Shown piece by piece: positions 41,226-56,179 of a stretch of 64,000 nt of DNA. The stretch spans positions 1-64,000 of the forward strand of contig CAXHJY010000542.1 in assembly GCA_964016885.1 (NCBI GenBank). Reading direction: 5' to 3'. The notes beneath the pieces are model-generated. The model did not search any database. It was not told the DNA's origin and saw only the letters and a program-made list of their open reading frames with translations. Made by a program: the position numbers and the translations under genes. Origin of the DNA: Eledone cirrhosa (lineage: Eukaryota). Within the stretch, counting starts at the first letter, position 1, and every line of letters starts with the position of its first letter.

Positions 41226-42150
41226 GGCGGCGAATTGACAGAGTCGTTAGAACGTCGAATAGAATGCTTTGTGGTATTCGTTCCGTCACTCTGCTATCTG
41301 AGTTCAAATCCCGCCGAGGTCAACTTTGCCTTTCATCCATTCGAGGCCGATAAAAAAAATAGCAGTCTACTACTACTACTACTACTACTACTCCACAAGG
41401 GCTTTTGTAGATTTTCATCTCCAAATTCCACCCAAAAAGCATTAGTCAACCCAGGGATGGTCTTCATTCTTTTTTTCTATGATCGTTATCCTTGAGTCTA
41501 TTAATACAATTTGACAGGGTCGTTAGAACGTCGGATATATTGCTTTGTGGTATTTGTTCTGGCTGTCAACTCTCAGAGTTCAAATCCCACCGAGGTCAAC
41601 TTTCCCTTTCATCCTTTCGAAGTCGATAAAAAAATATACCAGTTTAGTACTGGGGTCGATTCTTCCTTTATATCTCTTTCTCACTTCCATTCGCTCACTT
41701 TCTAACCTTCTCTGGAAGAAATCTGCTGTATTCAGACCTGGAAAGGAGATGGAATCTGTCGGGGTTTTTAAAATGCCATAGAAACGTCATATGTCAATAT
41801 GGTGTCCAAACGACTCCCTCGGGAGTTACGGGACCATGCATGCAAAAATATAGTCATTCATTATCGGTGAATTGGCAGAGTCGTTAGAACGTCAGATAGA
41901 ATATTCCGGCTCTCTGCTCTTTGATTTTAAATCCCACCGAGGTCAAATTTGTCTTTCATCCTTTCGAGGTCGATTAAAAAATAGAATACCAGTCAAGTAC
42001 AAAGGTCGATTCTTCCTCTATATCTCTTTCTCATTTCCTCTCTCTCCCTTTCTATCCTCCTCTGGAAGAAATCTACGGTATTCAGACCTGGAGGGGAGAT
42101 GGGATTTTGTCAGGGTTTTAAAGTGCCCACGAATCGCTGAATGGCAATAC
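41226..42150 (+). mobile_element. cluster of three SINE family 2 copies
   Basis: Heads at ~41226, ~41509 and ~41865. Confidence 0.75.
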
Positions 42151-42336
42151 ATGCATGCACAATATATTCATGCAATGTCTGTGAATTGGCAGAGTTTGGG
42201 ACTCAGCAAACGAAGTTTAGAATTGAAATAGAAATAGAACCTTTGCCGTAATATTTCTTAATAAAATATAGTCTAATAATGGGGTGTATAACCCATTGAG
42301 TGGAAATATATTACTGCGAAGCGTATATTTCCATTT

Positions 42337-42421
<85 letters not shown>

Positions 42422-42540
42422 AAGTAATTCCGTCGGAAAAGTCCAGGAAAAAAGAGTGCTCGATGTAGGTAACAGAGCTTAATAGTTATGTAATAAACAA
42501 CACTGGTAAATGGAATAATTGCCTTATGTTGTTTATTACA

Positions 42541-42623
<83 letters not shown>

Positions 42624-42638
42624 GTGTGTGTATATATA

Positions 42639-42669
<31 letters not shown>

Positions 42670-42809
42670 TGATATATATATATATGATATATTTTTCCCG
42701 TTATTTTATTTTATTTTATATTTTATATCTTTATTTTATTATATATCAGCCTCGCTTTCAATTGTAATAGCCTTTGTTTTTAAATTCATATCTTACGTCC
42801 ATATTAAAT

Positions 42810-42882
42810 TTTCATTCTGATGAGCGATTTCAGACGTCTCTGTTGAGCTCGTCTGTCTTCGTGAAACCTTTGGTAAATGGAA
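42810..42882 (+). ncRNA. type I hammerhead ribozyme (family C)
   Basis: tttcatt-CTGATGA-gcga..cagacg..cgtctg..tcgt-GAAA-cc-ttt-gg-TA-aatggaa; ~95-nt tail then (TA)n. Confidence 0.8.
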
Positions 42883-42972
42883 TAATTGTCTTTTGTTGTT
42901 TATTACATAATTAAAAAGCTCTGTAGCCTACATAGAGCACTCTCCTTTCCTTTACCCTTCCTACGGAAATAC

Positions 42973-43007
<35 letters not shown>

Positions 43008-43028
43008 TTTATCGTTGATATAACAAAT

Positions 43029-43210
43029 AATTGTTTCTACTTTTGGCACAAGGCCAGCAATTACCCAGTGCATTACTGGTACTTTATTTTATCGACCCCG
43101 TAAGGATGAAAGGCAAAGTGAACCTCGGCGGGATTTGAACTCAGAACGTAAAGGGACGTAACTATGCTGGAAAGCATAGCGTCCGACTCTCCACCGATAC
43201 TGCCAATCCA
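43029..43210 (-). mobile_element. SINE family 2, short form
   Basis: Reverse complement of the 30733 copy. Confidence 0.8.
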
Positions 43211-43612
43211 ATAATAATTCTGTATAATTACTAATTTTTTTTTTATCCGAATTGTTTTAGAGAAGGGCCTTCAAACTTCATATAGCTTAGGGTTTCAGAA
43301 TGTAAAAGTCCGGCCCTGGTATCAGGGGCTACATTGTCTTATGCACCATTTCAGCATTCCTTTTTTGTTTCTTTGGCTTTCATTTTCTTCAAAGCCGATA
43401 AAATGAGATTTGAGGTAGATTTGTCTGCCATTTCTAGCTGGTCAAGCAACGCCGCAGAAGACTCTTTGTTGATTTAGAGCGCATATTTTAGTTACATTTA
43501 GTGTTTTACATGTAGGAGTTTATCTAATGTACGTATTTTGAATTAATATATATATATATATATATATATTAATTCAAAATATTAACAAAATAGATATTCT
43601 TGTGATCAAGTA

Positions 43613-43679
43613 TATTTTATTATACATATTTCAGAGGTACTGAGTTAACTTCAACAGTACGTCCTCATCAGATAAAATA
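43613..43679 (-). ncRNA. type I hammerhead ribozyme (family A-related)
   Basis: tattttat-CTGATGA-ggacgtactg..cagtacctct-GAAA-tatgta-TA-ataaaata; 8-bp perfect stem I. Confidence 0.75.
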
Positions 43680-43953
43680 AGATGATGCATGACATACCCC
43701 GACATAGTAGATGGTTAACATTCAGTCATGGTAGTGAGTAATATATGACAAAACTCAATATTTATATACAAACTCATTCTTTGATTTATTCATTGAACCT
43801 TGTTTAACCTTTAAATATATATATGCAAAGTTTTATTTAAATTGTTGGGTTACAACGAGTAAATATTTATAACTGATATAAAAGCACTCAACAAGTATTT
43901 GGAGTATATTTACGATATTAAATAAATGGAAACTATATTTATAAAACCATATT

Positions 43954-44019
43954 TATTTCATTATATATATTTCAGGGATATCATATTAAAAATATGGTAT
44001 GCCTTCATCAGACAAAATA
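43954..44019 (-). ncRNA. type I hammerhead ribozyme (family A)
   Basis: tattttgt-CTGATGA-aggcataccatat..atatgatatccct-GAAA-tatata-TA-atgaaata. Confidence 0.75.
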
Positions 44020-44155
44020 CAATATAAACAGTCTTATAAATAGATAGATTTGACATACCTTACAACTTCAACTTCCATTTAAAAAGTTGATTTTAAATGG
44101 AAGTTGAAGTTGTAAGGTATGTCAAATCTATCTATTTATAAGACTGTTTATATTG

Positions 44156-44221
44156 TATTTTGTCTGATGAAGGCATACCATATTTTTAATATGATATCCC
44201 TGAAATATATATAATGAAATA
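44156..44221 (+). ncRNA. type I hammerhead ribozyme (family A, mirror copy)
   Basis: Same sequence as 43954-44019 on the opposite strand. Confidence 0.75.
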
Positions 44222-44261
44222 AATATGGTTTTATAAATATAGTTTCCATTTATTTAATATC

Positions 44262-44321
<60 letters not shown>

Positions 44322-44343
44322 GATATGCTAAAGTAGTTTACAT

Positions 44344-44528
44344 AATTGTTTCTACTTTAGGCACAAGGCCAGCAATTACCCAGTGCATTACTGGTACTTT
44401 ATTTTATCGACCCCGTAAGGATGAAAGGCAAAGTCAACCTCGGCGGGATTTGAACTCAGATCGTAAAGGGACGTAACTATGCTGGAAAGCATGGCGTCCG
44501 ACCCTCTACCGATACTGCCAATCCACCA
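44344..44528 (-). mobile_element. SINE family 2, short form
   Basis: Head to tail intact. Confidence 0.85.
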
Positions 44529-44636
44529 CCCTTAAAGTAGTTTACATAATGTAGGATATTTGACGCTGATTTTCCTCCACTTTCTCTCCTTTCCTCACAG
44601 ACATACGTGTGTTTGTGTGTGTATGTGTATGTCTCT

Positions 44637-44723
<87 letters not shown>

Positions 44724-44902
44724 GCAACATGTTTAACTGGAACGTATCAAGATAATTGCAATACGATGAGCGATAAAAACAAAATCAGTAGGAATCAATA
44801 AGAACGTTGTAAAACATCGAATATGGCTGGGGGAGGGAGGGAAGAGGGGGGGGGGGAGAAACTGGCAGGTCTCTCTCCCACCACATACATATATATATAT
44901 AT

Positions 44903-45346
44903 AATTGTTTCTAGTTTTTTTGCACAAGGCCAGCAATTATCCCAGTGCATTACTGGTACTTTATTTTATCGACCCCGTAAGGATATATAATTGTTTCTAC
45001 TTTTGGCACAAGGCCAGCAATTACCCCAGTGCATTACTGGTACTTTATTTTATCGACCCCGTAAGGATATATAATTGTTTCTACTTTAGGCACAAGGCCA
45101 GCAATTACCCCAGTACATTACTGGTACTTTATTTTATCGACCCCGTAAGGATGAAAGGCAAAGTTAACCTCGGCGGGATTTGAACTCAGATCGTAAAGGG
45201 CCGTAACTCTATGCTGCAAAGCATGGCGTCCGACTCTCTACCGATACTGCCAATCCACCAACATTAAATGTTTCTACTTTTGGCACAAGGCCGGGAAATA
45301 CCACAGTACATTACTGGTACTTTATTTTATCGACCTCGTAAGGATG
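44903..45346 (-). mobile_element. SINE family 2 with tandemly reiterated ~84-bp 3' half
   Basis: aattgtttctactttt..gcacaaggccagc..cgtaaggat occurs four times. Confidence 0.8.
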
Positions 45347-45359
45347 TATAATATAATAT

Positions 45360-47080
45360 AATACACGCACATACAGTACATATACACACAATACACATAC
45401 ATACAGTACATATACACACAATACACATACATACAGTACATATACACACAATACACATACATACAGTACATATACACACAATACACATACATACAGTACA
45501 TATACACACAATACACATACATACAGCACATATACACACAATACACATACATACAGTACATATACACACAATACACATACATACAGCACATATACACACA
45601 ATACACATACATACAGTACATATACATACAATACACATACAGAGTACACACACACACACATACATACAATAGACACAGTACACACACACACACATACATA
45701 CAATAGACACAGTACACCCACACACATACATACAATAGACACAGTACACACACATACTTACAATAGACACAGTACACACACACACATACATACAATAGAC
45801 ACAGTACACACACATACTTACAATAGACACAGTACACACACACATACATACAATAGATACAGTACACACACAGACACACACGCACACACACACATACATA
45901 CAATAGACACAGTACACACACACACACACATACAATAGACACAGTACACACACACATACATACAATAGACACAGTACACACACACATACAATAGACACAG
46001 TACACACACACACACATACATACAATAGACACAGTACACACACATACAATAGACACAGTACACACACATACAATAGACACAGTACACACACATACAATAG
46101 ACACAGTACACATAGATACAATAGACACAGTACACACACACATACAATAGACACAGTACACACACACATACATACAATAGACACAGTACACACACATACA
46201 ATAGACACAGACACACACACATACAATAGACACAGTACACACACACATACATACAATAGACACAGTACACACACATACAATAGACACAGTACACACACAT
46301 ACACAGACACACACACATACAATAGACACAGTACACACACACATACATACAATAGACACAGTACACACACACACACACACATACATACAATAGACACAGT
46401 ACACACACATACAATAGACACAGTACACACACATACAATAGACACAGTACACACACATACACAGACACACATACATACAATAGACACAGTACACACACAC
46501 ACATACATACAATAGACACAGTACACACACACATACATACAATAGACACAGTACACACACATACACAGACACACATACATACAATAGACACAGTACACAC
46601 ACATACAAAAGACACAGTACACACACACACATACATACAATAGACACAGTACACACACACATACATACAATAGACACAGTACACACACATACACAGACAC
46701 ACATACATACAATAGACACAGTACACACACATACAATAGACACAGTACACACACACACATACATACAATAGACACAGTACACACACACATACATACAATA
46801 GACACAGTACACACACATACACAGACACACATACATACAATAGACACAGTACACATACATACAAAAGACACAGTACACACACACACATACATACAATAGA
46901 CACAGTACACACACACATACATACAATAGACACAGTACACACACATACACAGACACACATACATACAATAGACACAGTACACACACATACAATAGACACA
47001 GTACACACACACACACATACATACAATAGACAAAGTACACACACACACACACATACAATAGACACAGTACACACACAATA
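45360..47080. repeat. CA-rich minisatellites (30-bp unit, then variable acaatagacacagt(ac)n unit)
   Basis: Direct inspection. Confidence 0.9.
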
Positions 47081-47179
47081 GAGATAAGCACACAGTAGAC
47101 TACAAGTGAAAGTTAATGGAGCTATTTAGTGGCTAGTCTACAATAGTTATTGTCAGCACATTGTATTTTGGTACAACAT

Positions 47180-49880
47180 AACATACAGCTACTTCTACTA
47201 CTACCAGAACTACTACTACCATTACTACTACAACTACTACCACTACAGCAACCACTACAACTACTACAGCTACTTCTACTACTACTAGAACTACTACTAC
47301 TACTAGAACTACTACTACTACTACTAGAACTACTACAACTACTACCACTACAGCTACTACTACAACTACAACTACAGCTACCACTACAACTACAACATAA
47401 CATACAGCTACTTCTACTACTACTACTAGAACTACTACTACCATTACTACTACAACTACTACCACTACAGCAACCACTACAACTACTACAGCTACTTCTA
47501 CTACTACTAGAACTACTACTACTACTAGAACTACTACTACTACTAGAACTACTACAACTACTACCACTACAGCTACTACTACAACTACAGCTACCACTAC
47601 AACTACAACATAACATACAGCTACTTCTACTACTACTACTAGAACTACTACTACCATTACTACTACAACTACTATCCACTACAGCAACCACTACAACTAC
47701 TACAGCTACTTCTACTACTACTAGAACTACTACTACTATTAGAACTACTACTACTACTACTAGAACTACTACAACTACTACCACTACAGCTACTACTACA
47801 ACTACTACAGCTACTTCTACTACTACCAGAACTACTACTACTACTAGAACTACTACAACTACTACAACTACAGCTACCACTACAACTACAACATAACATA
47901 CAGCTACTTCTACTACTACTACTAGAACTACTACTACCATTACTACTACAACTACTACCACTACAGCAACCACTACAACTACTACAGCTACTACTACAAC
48001 TACAACTACAGCTACCACTACAACTACAACATAACATACATCTACTTCTACTGCCACTACAGCAACCACTACAACAACTACAGCAACCACTACAACTACT
48101 ACAGCTACTACTACAACTACTACTACAACAACTACAACTACCACTACCACTACAACTACAATAACTACAGCTACCACTACAACTACTACAGCTACTACTA
48201 CAACTACAGCTACCGCTACAACTACAACATAACATACAGCTACTTCTACTGCCACTACAGCAACCACTACAACTACTACAGCTACTACTACAACTACTAC
48301 TACAACAACTACAACTACCACTACCACTACAACTACTACAACAATAACTACAGCTACCACTACAACTACAATAACTACAGCTACCACTACTACTACAACA
48401 ATAACTACAGCTACCACTACAACTACAATAACTACAGCTACCACTACTACTACAACAATAACTACAGCTACCACTACTACTACAATAACTACAGCTACCA
48501 CTACTACTACAACAATAACTACAGCTACCACTACTACTACAACAATAACTACAGCTACCACTACAACTACAATAACTACAGCTACCACTACTACTACAAC
48601 AATAACTACAGCTACCACTACTACTACAATAACTACAGCTACCACTACTACTACAACAATAACTACAGCTACCACTACTACTACAACAATAACTACAGCT
48701 ACCACTACTACTACAATAACTACAGCTACCACTACTACTACAACAATAACTACAGCTACCACTACTACTACAACAATAACTACAGCTACCACTACTACTA
48801 CAATAACTACAGCTACCACTACTACTACAACAATAACTACAGCTACCACTACTACTACAACAATAACTACAGCTACCACTACTACTACAACAATAACTAC
48901 AGCTACCACTACTACTACAACAATAACTACAGCTACCACTACTACTACAATAACTACAGCTACCACTACTACTACAACAATAACTACAGCTACCACTACT
49001 ACTACAATAACTACAGCTACCACTACTACTACAACAATAACTACAGCTACCACTACTACTACAACAATAACTACAGCTACCACTACTACTACAATAACTA
49101 CAGCTACCACTACTACTACAACAATAACTACAGCTACCACTACTACTACAACAATAACTACAGCTACCACTACTACTACAACAATAACTACAGCTACCAC
49201 TACTACTACAACAATAACTACAGCTACCACTACAACTACAATAACTACAGCTACCACTACAACTACAACAACTTCAGCTACCACTACTACAACAATAACT
49301 ACAGCTACCACTACTACTACAACAATAACTACAGCTACCACTACTACTACAACAATAACTACAGCTACCACTACAACTACAATAACTACAGCTACCACTA
49401 CTACTACAACAATAACTACAGCTACCACTACTACAACTACAATAACTACAGCTACCACTACTACTACAACAATAACTACAGCTACCATTACTACTACAAC
49501 AATAACTACAGCTACCACTACTACTACAACAATAACTACAGCTACCACTACAACTACAATAACTACAGCTACCACTACAACTACAGCTACTACAGCTACC
49601 ACTACCACTACAACTACAGCTACTACAGCTACCACTACCACTACCACTACAACTACAGCTACTACAGCTACCACTACCACTACAACTACAGCTACTACAG
49701 CTACCACTACCACTACAACTACAATAACTACAGCTACCACTACCACCACTACAACTACAATAACTACAGCTACCACTACAACTACAGCTACTACAGCTAC
49801 CACTACCACTACAACTACAATAACTACAGCTACTACAGCAACTACAATAACTACAACAAAAACTACAACTACAACAACTA
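47180..49880. repeat. compound (ACT/ACA/ACC/GCT)n repeat with 27-30 bp higher-order unit
   Basis: Direct inspection. Confidence 0.95.
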
Positions 49881-50460
49881 CAGCCACAGAACATTGCCAA
49901 AGCTGCACAACTTTTGAGGAAAAATTGATGCGATTCATAAATATATTTAGGGAATAAATTTGTCGCATGCAGCAGTAGGTTTTCACGTTAAATTATAGTT
50001 AAATAATCATTACTATATTTAATGTAGTTTCAGCATTAAACACGTTAACTAGAAATAATTATATGAGACAAGAGAGAAAGGAAAGAAAGAAAAAAGAACA
50101 TTAGACAATGGCGTATATTATTTTAATGGCGTTTACTATATCAAGAAGTACCCGGCGATGCCCGGGTACTTCATGAAGATACCAATATATCAATATATAC
50201 CGTATTTCCCCGGGGTCGAAGACATGCATACATATCTACCTAGGTGATGTTGTGTAAATTCCAATGAGAGAGTCTTGTAACTATGTTAGAAACCGACTCT
50301 CTCTCTCTATTGGTAAAACTTTGTGAAATTATAAAACCAGAGGAACATGCATACATACATACAAACATACATACACGAGGCCCTTAAATCTCTTTGAAAT
50401 ACAATAAACGTTGTGACATGCCACACAATGTTTTCTAAAATATAAGGGACTTTGTACTTA

Positions 50461-50631
50461 CCGTATTTCCCAGCGTCGAAAAAGCTACTTTTTTTCCTAA
50501 AATAAGTCTCAAAAATCTACTATGCGTCCTGGAGGCCGAAGGTTGTTTATTATTTTTAATTTAAAATTTTTGGTTGTCAAAATTAGGGTGCTTCCTCGAA
50601 GACGAAGCGTCTCCGGCGCCGGGAAATACAG
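50461..50631. mobile_element. pogo/Tc2-type MITE
   Basis: TA|CCGTATTTCCCAGCG ... CGCCGGGAAATACAG|TA; a second left end at 50200-50223. Confidence 0.75.
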
Positions 50632-51110
50632 TATATTTGCACACACACACACGCACACGCACACGCACACGCACACGCACACGCACACGCACACACGCAC
50701 ACACACATTATAAAATATATGACAAATAAACTATAATCTTTGTATCTTCTGAAATTATATCTTCTGTGAGATACTGTTGAAGTTTACTAGATAAGACAAT
50801 TTGAAATGAATTGTTTTTGTGAATAAATGTTTTATTCAGTTTGTTTTAGCCATATACACATATATTATCAGTTGATATATATTCAACATATTTATAACCT
50901 ATGAAGTTTTGAATAAACAACTTTCTTCTACTTCTATCTACTCTATTTCTCTGTACTTATCTGTCTGTTGGTCTGTCAATATGTCCGTCTCTTTCCCTTT
51001 TCTCTCTCTTGGTGAGCGTCTCTTTCCATCACTCCCTATTCCCCCTTTTCTCAGTTTTTAACTCTCGTATTCTATTACGCTTCATCTCTCATTCACCTCT
51101 CTCTCTCTCT

Positions 51111-51174
<64 letters not shown>

Positions 51175-51662
51175 CTCTATCTCTCATCCTGACTTACTCT
51201 TTCTCTTTCTTTTCTTGTGGTTCGGCAAATAGAGATCGATATAATATAAATAGATTGGAATAGATTGGAATAGATTGCCCCAGTATAACTGTTGACCAAT
51301 CGAATGACTGGAACCAATAAAAGATCTGATTAATTTCCCCCCTCATTTTTTGTATTGTTCCTTTGCTATGTTGACTGTATGTCTATAAACCTAAACCTAT
51401 ATATATATAAATTTGAGCGACTTCCGTCCGTCACATAATGTGTGTGTGTGTGTGTGTGTGTGTGAGTAAAAGAAAGGAAGGGGATGGTGAAAAAACTATA
51501 GCAAAACAGCGGTTGACGTTTCATTTGCTACGCTGTGTGTGAGTGTATGTGTAAATGTATGTGTGTTTGTGTGAATATATGTCTGTGAGTATGTATTTTT
51601 GTAAGTGTGTCTGTGTTTGCGCGTTTATATTTATATACCCATACATATAAATTTATGCATAT

Positions 51663-51720
<58 letters not shown>

Positions 51721-51883
51721 GCATACATACACACACGCGTCAGCGTGTTGAAAAAATTCTAGTGAAACAAAATTCGGCAATTGAAAGTGACTTAAGAATA
51801 ATAAGTGAAATGTACTTGGTTTGATGGGTGTTTGTGTGTGTGTTTTTGTGTGTCTCACTCTTTTATATTTTTTACTGTTGCAG

Positions 51884-51966
51884 GTGACGTAGGAAGTAAA
51901 TATGTATCTGTCCTTCTTGATAAAGAAGAGACCATGCTGGACATCACGAAAATTCAAGGAACAGAA
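51884..51966 (+). CDS. internal exon of a probable RGK-family (Rem/Rad/Gem-like) small GTPase gene
   Basis: Polypyrimidine tract plus tgcag| acceptor and GAA|gtaagt donor; encodes DVGSKYVSVLLDKEETMLDITKIQGTE, resembling the VSVLLDGEES motif of invertebrate RGK proteins. Confidence 0.65.
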
Positions 51967-52039
51967 GTAAGTTTGATTTCATTTTAACATTTAGCCACAA
52001 ATTTCCAAACATAGATTCAAAAGCTTTTATCACAGTTAT

Positions 52040-52815
52040 ATAGCATCTTAAGAAAGTATTTGTCTACCATAGTTTTGTGCCACTCAAAACCTTCGTAGCA
52101 CCTTAAGCAAGTATTGTCTACCATAGGTTCTTTGGTAGCATTTTAAGCAAGTGTTGTCTACCATAGATTTGTGTCAATCAAAATCTTGGTAGCACCTTAC
52201 GCAAGTATTGTCCACTATAGATTTGTGTCAATCAAAATCTTGGTAGCCTCTTAAGCAAGTATGGTCCACCATAGATTTGTGTCAATCAAAACCTTGGTAG
52301 CATCTTAACAAGTATTGTCCACCATAGATTTGTGTCAATCAAAACCTTGGTAGCATTTTAAGCAAGTATGGTCGACCATAGATTTGTGTCAATCAAAACC
52401 TTGGTAGCATTTTAAGCAAGTATGGTCGACCATAGATTTGTGTCAATCAAAACCTTGGTAGCATTTTAAGCAAGTATGGTCGACCATAGATTTGTGTCAA
52501 TCAAAACCTTGGTAGCATTTTAAGCAAGTATGGTCGACCATAGATTTGTGTCAATCAAAACCTTGGTAGCATTTTAAGCAAGTATGGTCGACCATAGATT
52601 TGTGTCAATCAAAACCTTGGTAGCATTTTAAGCAAGTATGGTCGACCATAGATTTGTGTCAATCAGAACCTTGGTAGCATTTTAAGCAAGTATGGTCCAC
52701 CATAGATTTGTGTCAATCAGAACCTTGGTAGCATTTTAAGCAAGTATGGTCCACCTTAGATTTGTGTCAATCAAAACCTTGGTCGCATTTGAAGCAAGTA
52801 TTGTCTACTATAGTC
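52040..52815. repeat. 54-bp minisatellite, ~14 copies
   Basis: accatagatttgtgtcaatcaaaaccttggtagcattttaagcaagtatggtcg. Confidence 0.9.
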
Positions 52816-52829
52816 TTCCAAGTGAAACA

Positions 52830-53015
52830 TTGAAGATGGGGAAACTGTTGGAAATCCTAGTTTAATACCACCATCTGGCCCTTGGACATTCTGTTGCTTT
52901 CATTGCAACCAGGTCTCTGGCCTAAGGATAACTTCCCTCTCTTTTCCCCTACCAAACTCATTGTCCTCGATATGAGTCATGAGCACTTACCTTCCTCCCC
53001 AATCTAACTCATTAA
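52830..53015 (-). pseudogene. possible old LINE fragment
   Basis: Frameshifted K..CPGPDG motif typical of the region just before non-LTR RT domains. Confidence 0.3.
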
Positions 53016-53556
53016 AATCTGCTCTAAAGCAATACTAATATATTCTACAAGACAGCAATTATTTTTCAGTTAGTTTAATAAATACGAACGACGAAGTGAT
53101 ATTTTATTAAACAAACTGAAAATTGAATTGCTGCCTTGGACAACAACAATACAGAAAATATTTTATTTAGTTTCCTAGTAATAAACACAACCGTACTTTG
53201 TATAATGATATAAGAATCGTTGACAAAAGACGCTTGATGTATTCTAGAAAGGAACAGTTGCTATCCTTTATAAAACTCCTCATTTTTTCTACCCCGGTAA
53301 TTGGTTTCAACAAAAGGAAGCGAACTAATAGATTTCTTGATCTTGCTCAAACAATATCAATGCGGAGTAAATCGCATGTTTAAACTTGCTCATCAATTAT
53401 TTCTCTTTTGAATCGCAGACTGAAAGAAGATAAAATCTCAACTGAAGATATAAGCACCCTATTAAATTGTAACATTGTTTTGTTTTTTTTTCCACTTTTC
53501 ATTGTTATTAGTATTATCATTACTGTAGGTGTTGTTGTTGTTGCTGTTGCTGTTGC

Positions 53557-53611
<55 letters not shown>

Positions 53612-54041
53612 GCTGTTGTTGGTGGTGGTGGTGGTGGTGGTGGTGGTGGTGGTGGTGGTGGTGGTGGTGTTGTTGTTGTTGTTGTTGTTTGGTAGTTCTT
53701 GACAACTGGCATCACCTGATATTGTATTGTATTGCCAACGACACAGATAATAAAGGAACATATTAGATTGGAGTCACAGCTGGTTGGGTCAGGGAAATGA
53801 AGCAGATGAGGGGGGGGGGGGGAGAAGAAGACAAAGGTGGGGAACAAGACGAAGAAGAAGGAGAAGACGAAGGTGGAGAAGAAGAAGAAGAAGAAGAAGA
53901 AGAAGAAGAAGAAGAAGGTGAAGAAGAAGAAGAAGGAGAGGAGGAGGAGAAGAAGAAGGAGAAGGTGGAGAAGAAGACGAAAAAGCTGAAGAAGGCAAAG
54001 AAGATGGAGACAGTGAGGATGTCAAGCCACTAGTCTTAAGG

Positions 54042-54101
<60 letters not shown>

Positions 54102-55386
54102 ATACCTTCAGTCTCTTCATTGGTATTACAATATCTTCGTGGTATATATTTAATCCGTTAGTATGTTTAACACCTTCACGTGGGCCTTGGGTGGTTCTAG
54201 CGAAGTGCTCTCTGTTGCAGAGTCGTTAGAACGTCGGGTAGAATGCTTTGTGGTACTCGTTCCGATTCTCTCTGCTCTCTGAGCTCAAAGTACTCAATAC
54301 ATGGTAATATGCAGAGTGGTTATATAAGTAAAAGTAGAAGACCTCCCGCGAGCTCGGCGGTTTCGGCTAGTTGCCTCTTGTGGTAACTAGCCGAAACCGC
54401 ATCTATTCTTATATATATGAGGCGAAGTGAAATATCTGAGAAAGAGTTACTTAATATATTTTGTAGGCATGTAGGTAGAGACAACAGTACCTATGTCTAT
54501 ACATTATCAGACTCATTAACTGCTTAATGAACACAACCACAAGGGTATGGTCCGAACGTGGAAGAGCCGAACTCCCACTGTCATCGCCTCCATCTCTCTT
54601 GCCCTCCTCACCTCTCTGTATGGTGAGCAAATGGGGTCCCACATGCTTCCCCCCCTCCTCCCCCACAGCCCCGGCGGACAGAATGGAGAAGGCGTTTTCC
54701 CGGAGTATGGTAAGGGAAATGTGCTGGAAAAGTTAATGGTTGTTATGAAAGACGCTGATAAGCTCGACAAATACAATTTTAGTTAGATATATAACTTTAC
54801 TTCACTTCAGTTGAAAAGGAAAAAGAATATAATTACTTCGAATCATTAAAATATAGAATTTATATATAAGGGCGGTGTCTCAGCATGGCCTCAGTCGGAT
54901 GACTGGAACAGGTAAAAGAGTAAAAGAGTAATTGATGGCAACACTCCCCAATGAATACAGTGTTGAAAAAGGTCTCCGTGTTGTGCTGGAGAATCTTCGT
55001 TTAATATGCTATGCTAGGTTAAAATATGACAATCTGTAGTCAGACAGTACGCACCAACATTGGTAGTAGTAAGCAATGGCAGATCTGTTGTCTATATGAA
55101 GAGGCAGATGATTCTGTGTGGTCCAAGTGCCGATGGAAGAATTGCTGTCGAGCCCTTGCCGACATCTTTTTGTTAAATTCTACATCTCGCTATCTGCTTG
55201 AGCAGATCGAAGTGATACTTCTCCCCCAAGGAATGAGAGAAAGAAAAATTTACCTCGCTTTACCTCAAGCTAACCACTCACTCCAGACAACTGACACCAA
55301 CCGAGATAAAAAGAAATAGCAGCCAGATGTGATGCGGGGGTCAGTATGCGCGAAGAGATTTCGCTACGCACACACACACACGCGCA

Positions 55387-55500
<114 letters not shown>

Positions 55501-55569
55501 GAGGATGTCAAGCCACTAGTCTTAAGGTTCACACACACACATGCACGCACACACACACACACACGCACG

Positions 55570-55651
<82 letters not shown>

Positions 55652-55661
55652 CACACATATA

Positions 55662-56128
55662 TGATGGCTGCAAACTCTGCTAAGAGTATTGCAATCGCTT
55701 GTAACAGATGCTGAACAAACAATGCCTGTGCTTTGAAGGTTTTTTTAAGTGGGGAAAGGCCTTGCACTCAACCAATCCCACTCTCTGAGCATCGAAAACA
55801 CTACCTGAAAAAGAGAACTGGTCAACATCATCGGTTGCTTCCAAAGTCGCAGGTTTTTTTTCAGAGTTTCCCTCTCCAAGAAAGATGTGACAACAACTGG
55901 GGGCTTTTCACTCCCAGGTTTAAAAAAAAGTACTATTTGGATGGCCATTGATTCTGCTGAGTACCTCCGCCCTTTACCGGGTCTTGTATTTCATCCCCTA
56001 GGGTGTCCAAATATCACCCTCCTCACCAAGCAAGCTTGGTGGGGTTGCTGGTTTAGTCGCCGACGACCCGACCATGAGACAGGTTGTACTGGGTTACATG
56101 TTACCGGTAGCACTCGAAAGCGACCTGA
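55662..56128 (-). mobile_element. diverged family D relative
   Basis: Collinear similarity to 37397-37950 and 2655-2844. Confidence 0.65.
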
Positions 56129-56139
56129 CACACACACAT

Positions 56140-56179
<40 letters not shown>

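Larger units (their letters stand above)
43825..44264 (-). mobile_element. family A HHR element with ~174-bp-arm fold-back
   Basis: Arms 43911-44084 and 44091-44264, 6-nt spacer; both ends at TA repeats. Confidence 0.8.

Noticed and set aside
47122-49986. 954-aa Val-rich ORF and overlapping Cys/Ser- and Thr-rich frames
   Set aside because: Translation of a compound trinucleotide repeat; no domain or splice evidence.
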